A stretch of 64,000 bases of DNA. Origin: Eledone cirrhosa. Taxonomy: Eukaryota. The notes below the pieces were generated by a model, which saw only the letters and a list, made by a program, of their open reading frames with translations, made no database searches and was not told the origin of the DNA. The position numbers and the translations under genes were made by a program. The stretch covers positions 28,334,001 to 28,398,000 of the forward strand of contig OZ024740.1 in NCBI GenBank assembly GCA_964016885.1, in the 5' to 3' direction. Shown here piece by piece: positions 55,701-64,000 of the stretch (within the stretch, counting starts at the first letter, position 1; every line of letters begins with the position of its first letter).

Positions 55701-58700
55701 TATATGTGATTTTCCTGACTATCTGTGATTTTCCTGAGTATATGTGATTTCCCTGACTATATGTGATTTCCCGGAGTATATGTGATTTTCCTGAGTATAT
55801 GCGATTTTCCTGAGTATATGTGATTTTCCTGAGTATATGTGATTTATTTAAGTATATGTGATTTCCCTGACTATATGTGATTTTCCTGAGTATATGTGAT
55901 TTCCCTGAGTATATGTGATTTTCCTGAGTATATGTTATTATCCTGAGTATTTGATTTTCCTGACTATTTGTGATTTTCCTGACTATATGTGATTTTCCTG
56001 AGTATATGTGATCTTCCTCAGTATATGTGATTTTCCTGAGTATATTCGATTTTCCTGAGTATATGTGATTTTCCTGACTATATGTGATTTTCCTGAGTAT
56101 ATGTGATTTTCCTGAGTATATGTGATTTTGCTGACTATATGTGATTTTCCTGAGTATATGTGATTTCCCTGAGTATATGTGATTTTCCTGACTATATGTG
56201 ATTTTCCTGACTATATGTGATTTTCCTGAGTATATGTGATTTTCCTGACTATATGTGATTTTCCTGAGTATATGTGATTTTCCTGACTATATGTGATTTT
56301 CCTGACAATATGTGATTTTCCTGAGTATGTGTGATTTCCCTGAGTATATGTGATTTTCATGAGTATATGTGATATTCCTGAGTATATGTGATTTTCCTGA
56401 CTATATGTGATTTTCCTGAGTATATGTGATCTTCCTGAGTATATGTGATTTTCCTGAGTATATGCGATTTGCCTGAGTATATGTAATTTTCCTGAGTATA
56501 TGTGATTTATTTGAGTATATGTGATTTCCCTGACTATATGTGATTTTCCTGAGTATATGTGTTTTCCCTGAGTATATGTGATTTTCCTGAGTATATGTTA
56601 TTTTCCTGAGTATTTGATTTTCCTGACTATTTGTGATTGTCCTGACTATATGTGATTTTCCTGAGTATATGTGATCTTCCTGAGTATATGTGATTTTCCT
56701 GAGTATATGCGAATTTCCTGAGTATATGTGATTTTCCTGACTATATGTGATCTTTCTGAGTATATGTGATTTCCCTGAGTATATGTGATTTTACTGACTA
56801 TTTGTGATTTTCCTGAGTATATGTGATTTTCCTGACTATATGTGATTTTCCTGAGTATATGTGATCTTCCTGAGTATAAGTGATTTTCCTGAGTATAGGC
56901 GATTTTCCTGAGTATATGTGATTTTGCTGACTATATGTGATCTTCCTCTGTATATGTGATTTCCCGCAATATATGTGATTTTCCTGAGTATATGTGATTT
57001 CCCTGAGTATATGTGATTTTCCTGAGTATATGTGATTTTGCTGAGTATATGTGATTTCCCTGACTATATGAGATTTTCCTGAGTATATGTGATTTTCCTG
57101 ACTATATGTAATTTTCCTGAGTATATGTGATTTACCTGACTAGAAGTGATTTTTCTGAGTATATGTGATTTCCCTGACTATATGTGATTTTCCTAACTAT
57201 ATGAGATTTTCCTGAGTATATGTGATTTTCCTGAGTATATGTGATTTCCCTGAATATATGTGATTTTCCAGAGTATATGTGATTTTTCTGTGTATATATT
57301 ATTTTCCTGAGTATATGTGATCTTCCTGAGTATATGTGATTTTCCTGAGTATATGTGATTTTCCTGAGTATATGTGATCTTCCTGAGTATATGTGATTTT
57401 CCTGAGTATATGTGATTTCCCTGAGTATAAGTGATTTTCCTGAGTATATGTGATTTTCCTGACTATATGTGATTTTCCTGACAATATGTGATTTTCCTGA
57501 GTATGTGTGATTTCCCTGAGTATATGTGATTTTCATGAGTATATGTGATATTCCTGAGTATATGTGATCTTCCTGAGTATATGTGATTTTCCTGAGTATA
57601 TGCGATTTTCCTGAGTATATTTGATTTTCCTGAGTATATGAAATGTCCCTGAGTATATGTGATTTTCCTGAGTATATGTGATTTTCCTGACTATATGTGA
57701 TTTTCCTGAGTATATGTGATTTCCCTGACTATATGTGATTTCCCGGAGTATATGTGATTTTCCTGACTATATGTGATTTTCCTGAGTATATGTGATTTTC
57801 CTGACTATATGTGATTTTGCTGACAATATGTGATTTTCCTGAGTATGTGTGATTTCCCTGAGTATATGTGATTTTCATGAGTATATGTGATATTCCTGAG
57901 TATATGTGATTTTCCTGACTATATGTGATTTTCCTGAGTATATGTGATCTTCCTGAGTATATGTGATTTTCCTGAGTATATGCGATTTTCCTGTGTATAT
58001 GTGATTTTCCTGAGTATATGTGATTTATTTAAGTATATGTGATTTCCCTGACTATATGTGATTTTCCTGAGTATATGTGATTTCCCTGAGTATATGTGAT
58101 TTTCCTGAGTATATGTTATTATCCTGAGTATTTGATTTTCCTGACTATTTGTGATTTTCCTGACTATATGTGATTTTCCTGAGTATATGTGATCTTCCTG
58201 AGTATATGTGATTTTCCTGAGTATATTCGATTTTCCTGAGTATATGTGATTTTCCTGACTATATGTGATTTTCCTGAGTATATGTGATTTTCCTGAGTAT
58301 ATGTGATTTTGCTGACTATATGTGATTTTCCTGAGTATATGTGATTTCCCTGAGTATATGTGATTTTCCTGAGTATATGTGATTTTCCTGACTATATGTG
58401 ATTTTCCTGAGTATATGTGATTTTCCTGACTATATGTGATTTACCTGAGTATATATGATTTTCCTGACTATATGTGATTTTCCTGACAATATGTGATTTT
58501 CCTGAGTATGTGTGATTTCCCTGAGTATATGTGATTTTCATGAGTATATGTGATATTCCTGAGTATATGTGATTTTCCTGACTATATGTGATTTTCCTGA
58601 GTATATGTGATCTTCCTGAGTATATGTGATTTTCCTGAGTATATGCGATTTTCCTGAGTATATGTAATTTTCCTGAGTATATGTGATTTATTTGAGTATA

Positions 58701-60180
58701 TGTGATTTCCCTGAGTATATGTGATTTTCCTGACTATATGTGATCTTTCTGAGTATATGTGATTTCCCTGAGTATATGTGATTTTGCTGACTATTTGTGA
58801 TTTTCCTGAGTATATGTGATTTTCCTGACTATATGTGATTTTCCTGAGTATATGTGATCTTCCTGAGTATAAGTGATTTTCCTGAGTATAGGCGATTTTC
58901 CTGAGTATATGTGATTTTGCTGACTATATGTGATCTTCCTCTGTATATGTGATTTCCCGCAATATATGTGATTTTCCTGAGTATATGTGATTTCCCTGAG
59001 TATATGTGATTTTCCTGAGTATATGTGATTTTGCTGAGTATATGTGATTTCCCTGACTATATGAGATTTTCCTGAGTATATGTGATTTTCCTGACTATAT
59101 GTAATTTTCCTGAGTATATGTGATTTACCTGACTAGAAGTGATTTTTCTGAGTATATGTGATTTCCCTGACTATATGTGATTTTCCTAACTATATGAGAT
59201 TTTCCTGAGTATATGTGATTTTCCTGAGTATATGTGATTTCCCTGAATATATGTGATTTTCCAGAGTATATGTGATTTTTCTGTGTATATATGATTTTCC
59301 TGAGTATATGTGATCTTCCTGAGTATATGTGATTTTCCTGAGTATATGTGATTTTCCTGAGTATATGTGATCTTCCTGAGTATATGTGATTTTCCTGAGT
59401 ATATGTGATTTCCCTGAGTATAAGTGATTTTCCTGAGTATATGTGATTTTCCTGACTATATGTGATTTTCCTGACAATATGTGATTTTCCTGAGTATGTG
59501 TGATTTCCCTGAGTATATGTGATTTTCATGAGTATATGTGATATTCCTGGGTATATGTGATCTTCCTGAGTATATGTGATTTTCCTGAGTATATGCGATT
59601 TTCCTGAGTATATTTGATTTTCCTGAGTATATGAAATGTCCCTGAGTATATGTGATTTTCCTGAGTATATGTGATTTTCCTGACTATATGTGATTTTCCT
59701 GAGTATATGTGATTTCCCTGACTATATGTGATTTCCCGGAGTATATGTGATTTTCCTGACTATATGTGATTTTCCTGAGTATGTGTGATTTCCCTGAGTA
59801 TATGTGATTTTCATGAGTATATGTGATATTCCTGAGTATATGTGATTTTCCTGACTATATGTGATTTTCCTGAGTATATGTGATCTTCCTGAGTATATGT
59901 GATTTTCCTGAGTATATGCGATTTTCCTGAGTATATGTGATTTTCCTGAGTATATGTGATTTATTTAAGTATATGTGATTTCCCTGACTATATGTGATTT
60001 TCCTGAGTATATGTGATTTCCCTGAGTATATGTGATTTTCCTGAGTATATGTTATTATCCTGAGTATTTGATTTTCCTGACTATTTGTGATTTTCCTGAC
60101 TATATGTGATTTTCCTGAGTATATGTGATCTTCCTGAATATATGTGATTTTCCTGAGTATATTCGATTTTCCTGAGTATA
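49725..60180. repeat. About 10.3-10.45 kb higher-order duplication (A segment plus B segment) of ~39.4-49.7 kb
   Basis: Identical ORF-track entries recur at +10,322 (39550/49872, 40986/51308, 43346/53668, 44838/55160) and then at +10,455 (46677/57132, 48670/59125). The rare variant GATTTAACAGAC was seen only at 43811 and 54133. Confidence 0.93.
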
Positions 60181-61299
60181 TGTGATTTTCCTGACTATAT
60201 GTGATTTTCCTGAGTATATGTGATTTTCCTGAGTATATGTGATTTTGCTGACTATATGTGATTTTCCTGAGTATATGTGATTTCCCTGAGTATATGTGAT
60301 TTTCCTGAGTATATGTGATTTTCCTGACTATATGTGATTTTCCTGAGTATATGTGATTTTCCTGACTATATGTGATTTTCCTGAGTATATGTGATTTTCC
60401 TGACTATATGTGATTTTCCTGACAATATGTGATTTTCCTGAGTATGTGTAATTTCCCTGAGTATATGTGATTTTTCATGAGTATATGTGATATTCCTGAG
60501 TATATGTGATTTTCCTGACTATATGTGATTTTCCTGAGTATATGTGATCTTCCTGAGTATATGTGATTTTCCTGAGTATATGCGATTTTCCTGAGTATAT
60601 GTAATTTTCCTGAGTATATGTGATTTATTTGAGTATATGTGATTTCCCTGACTATATGTGATTTTCCTGAGTATATGTGATTTCCCTGAGTATATGTGAT
60701 TTTCCTGAGTATATGTTATTTTCCTGAGTATTTGATTTTCCTGACTATTTGTGATTCTCCTGACTATATGTGATTTTCCTGAGTATATGTGATATTCCTG
60801 AGTATATGTGATTTTCCTGAGTATATGCGATTTTCCTGAGTATATGTGATTTTCCTGACTATATGTGATCTTTCTGAGTATATGTGATTTTCCTGAGTAT
60901 ATGTGATTTTGCTGACTATTTGTGATTTTCCTGAGTATATGTGATTTTCCTGACTATATGTGATTTTCCTGAGTATATGTGATCTTCCTGAGTATAAGTG
61001 ATTTTCCTGAGTATAGGCGATTTTCCTGAGTATATGTGATTTTGCTGACTATATGTGATCTTCCTCAGTATATGTGATTTCCCGCAATATATGTGATTTT
61101 CCTGAGTATATGTGATTTCCCTGAGTATATGTGATTTTCCTGAGTATATGTGATTTTGCTGAGTATATGTGATTTCCCTGACTATATGTGATTTTCCTGA
61201 CTATATGAGATTTTCCTGAGTATATGTGATTTTCCTGACTATATGTAATTTTCCTGAGTATATGTGATTTACCTGACTAGAAGTGATTTTTCTGAGTAT

Positions 61300-64000
61300 A
61301 TGTGATTTCCCTGACTATATGTGATTTTCCTGACTATATGAGATTTTCCTGAGTATATGTGATTTTCCTGACTATATGTGATTTTGTTGAGTATATGTGA
61401 TTTCCCTGAGTATTTGTGATTTTCCTGGCTATATGTGATTTTCCTGAGTATGGGCGATTTTACTGAGTATATGTGATTTTTCTGACTATATGTGATCTTC
61501 CTGAGTATATGTGATTTCCCTGAGTATATGTGATTTTCCTGAGTATATATGATTTTCCTGAGTATATGTGATTTTCCTGAGTATATGTGATTTCCCTGAA
61601 TATATGTGATTTTCCAGAGTATATGTGATTTTTCTGTGTATATATGATTTTCCTGAGTATATGTGATTTTCATGAGTATATGTGATTTCCCTGAGTATAT
61701 GTGATTGTCCTCAGTATATGTGATTTTCCTGACAATATGTGATTTTCCTGAGTATATGTGATTTTCCTGAGTATATGTGATTTTCCTGAGTATATGTGAT
61801 TTTCTTGAGTATATGTGATTTTTCTGAGTATATGTGATTTCCCTGAGTATATGTGATTTTCCTGACTATTTGTGATTTTCCTGACTATGTGATTTTCTTG
61901 ACTATATGTGATTTTCCTGAGTATATGTGATTTTCCTGACTATATGTGATGTTCCTGAGTATATGAAATTTCCCTGAGTATATGTGATTTTCCTGACTCT
62001 ATGTGATTTTTCTGACTATATGTGATTTTCCTGAGTATATGTGATTTCCCTGACTATATGTGATTTCCCTGACGATATGTGATTTTCCTAACTATATGTG
62101 ACTTTCCTGACTATATGAGATTTTCCTGAGTATATGTGATTTTCCTGACTATATGTAATTTTCCTGAGTATATGTGATTTACCTGACTAGAAGTGATTTT
62201 TCTGAGTATATGTGATTTTCCTGAATATATGTGATTTTCTTGACAATATGTGATTTTCCTGAGTGTATGTGATTTCCCTGAGTATATGTGATTTTCCTGG
62301 CTATATGTGATTTTCCTGAGTATATGTGATTTGCCTGAGTATATATGATTTAACTGAGTATATGTGATTTTCCTGAGTATATGTGATTTCTTTGAGTATA
62401 TGTGATTTCCCTGACTATATGTGATGTTCCTGAGTATATGTGATCTTCCTGAGTATATGTGATTTTCCTGAGTATAGGCGATTTTCCTGAGTATATGTGA
62501 TTTTTCTGACTATATGTGATCTTCCTGAGTATATGTGATTTCCCTGAGTATATGTGATTTTCCTGAGTATATGTGATTTTCCTGAGTATATGTGATTTTC
62601 CTGACTATATGTGATTTTCCTGAGTATATGTGATCTTCCTGAGTATATGTGATTTTCCTGAGTATAGGCGATTTTCCTGAGTATATGTGATTTTGCTGAC
62701 TATATGTGATCTTCCTCAGTATATGTGATTTCCCGCAATATATGTGATTTTCCTGAGTGTATGTGATTTTCCCGAGTATATGTGATCTCCCTGAATATAT
62801 GTGATTTTCCTGAGTATATGTGATTTTCCTGTGTATATATGAATTTCCTGAGTATATGTGATTTTCCTGAGTATATGTGATTTCCCTGAGTATATGTGAA
62901 TTTCCTGAGTATATGTGATTTTCCTGAGTATATGTGATTTCCCTGACTATATGTGATTTCCCTGACGATATGTGATTTTCCTAACTATATGTGATTTTCC
63001 TGACTATATGAGATTTTCCTGAGTATATGTGATTTTCCTGACTATATGTAATTTTCCTGAGTATATGTGATTTACCTGACTAGAAGTGATTTTTCTGAGT
63101 ATATGTGATTTACCTGACTAGAAGTGATTTTTCTGAGTATATGTGATTTCCCTGACTATATGTGATTTTCCTGAATATATGTGATTTTCTTGACAATATG
63201 TGATTTTCCTGAGTATATGTGATTTTCCTGAGTATATGTGATTTCCCTGAGCATATGTGATTTTCCTGGCTATATGTGATTTTCCTGAGTATATGTGATT
63301 TTCCTGCGTATATGTGATTTTCCTGAGTATATGTGATTTTCCTGAGTATATGTGATTTCCCTGAGTATATATGATTTAACTGAGTATATGTGATTTTCCT
63401 GAGTATATGTGATTTCTTTGAGTATATGTGATTTCCCTGACTATATGTGATGTTCCTGAGTATATGTGATCTTTCTGAGCATATGTGATTTTCCTGAGTA
63501 TGGGCGATTTTCCAGAGTTTATGTGATTTTTCTGTGTATATATGATTTTCCTGAGTATATGTGATTTTCATGAGTATATGTGATTTCCCTGAGTATATGT
63601 GATTTTCCTCAGTATATGTGATTTTCCTGACAATATGTGATTTTCCTGAGTATATGTGATTTTCCTGAGTATATGTGATTTTCCTGAGTATATGTGATTT
63701 TCCTGAGTATATGTGATTTTCCTGAGTATATGTGATTTTCTTGAGTATATGTGATTTTTCTGAGTATATGTGATTTCCCTGAGTATATGTGATTTTCCTG
63801 ACTATTTGTGATTTTCCTGACTATGTGATTTTCTTGACTATATGTGATTTTCCTGAGTATATGTGATTTTCCTAACTATATGTGATTTTCCTGAGTATAT
63901 GAAATTTCCCTGAGTTATGTGATTTTCCTGAGTATATGTGATTTTCCTGACTATATGTGATTTTCCTGAGTATATATGATTTCCCTGACTATATGTGATT
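61300..64000. repeat. More diverged, mosaic A/B satellite zone
   Basis: Many variants not seen elsewhere in the window (TTTGTTGAG, CCTGGCTA, TGGGCG, GACGAT, GAGTGT, GAGCAT, CCTGCGTA, TTTAACTGAG). A-type and B-type cassettes are interleaved. Confidence 0.75.

Larger units (their letters stand above)
1..64000. repeat. 19-bp tandem satellite array, consensus GAGTATATGTGATTTTCCT, about 3,400 monomers, single orientation, extends beyond both window ends
   Basis: The unit is readable on every line. The monomer is 9 T, 4 A, 4 G and 2 C. The ORF track shows a 19-aa cycle equal to 3 x 19 bp, on the minus strand only, consistent with one orientation throughout. Confidence 0.99.

Noticed and set aside
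248-63571. All minus-strand ORFs (61-220 aa) as protein-coding genes
   Set aside because: They are translations of the 19-bp repeat. Overlapping frames give the same peptide, starts and stops coincide with common monomer variants, the unit is not a multiple of 3, and there is no unique domain or flanking gene context.
1-64000. CRISPR array or repeat-spacer system
   Set aside because: Monomers abut directly with no unique spacers, and there is no leader or cas gene in the window.
1-64000. Telomerase-synthesised telomeric repeat (some yeasts use long units)
   Set aside because: Kilobase-scale inherited variant patterns point to recombinational amplification rather than templated addition. The unit has no G-runs and matches no telomere motif I know. 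A subtelomeric location is not excluded.
1-64000. Mouse major satellite, which contains GAAAATCAC
   Set aside because: Only a 9-bp word is shared. That satellite has a 234-bp unit, not a 19-bp period.
1-64000. Strong intrinsic curvature, hairpins or G-quadruplexes
   Set aside because: T4 tracts recur every 19 bp, out of phase with the ~10.5-bp helical repeat. Only tiny palindromes such as TATA and ATAT are present, and there are no clustered G-runs.
1-64000. Mobile-element insertion, inversion or hidden unique island
   Set aside because: Every stretch I read parses into 15-20 bp monomers in the same orientation, and even the most diverged patches (e.g. 44650-44680, 16810-16840) keep monomer phase. 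A very short insert could have been missed by eye.
1-64000. Plasmid iterons, promoter boxes or TATA boxes within the monomer
   Set aside because: There is no rep gene or transcription unit, the copy number is far beyond iteron arrays, and TATA-like words are just part of the repeat.

Overview
The whole 64-kb window is one uninterrupted, head-to-tail tandem array of a 19-bp AT-rich monomer. The consensus is GAGTATATGTGATTTTCCT on + and AGGAAAATCACATATACTC on -, about 32% GC, with roughly 3,400 copies (64,000/19). I saw no unique sequence, inversion, transposon, RNA gene, CRISPR spacer or credible protein-coding gene, and both ends of the array lie outside the window. Every ORF in the track is a by-product of the repeat: the minus-strand consensus has no stop codon, and three monomers (57 bp) read as the 19-aa cycle SGKSHILRKITYTQENHIY. 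The real structure is in the ordered pattern of monomer variants. These form reusable multi-monomer cassettes and two related subfamilies (A, about 1-43.4 kb and 49.7-53.7 kb; B, about 43.4-49.7 kb and 53.7-61.3 kb). They also define a nested set of duplications with offsets of about 775, 1,840-2,140, 2,815, 3,950-3,970, 4,400, 4,646, 10,322/10,455 and 12,087 bp, some of which can be placed in relative order. A more diverged, mosaic zone occupies the last ~2.7 kb. This looks like eukaryotic satellite DNA, but I do not recognise the family or organism, and I found no evidence of a gene-based system. Block boundaries were read by eye and are approximate; offsets come from paired rare variants and the ORF-track coordinates.
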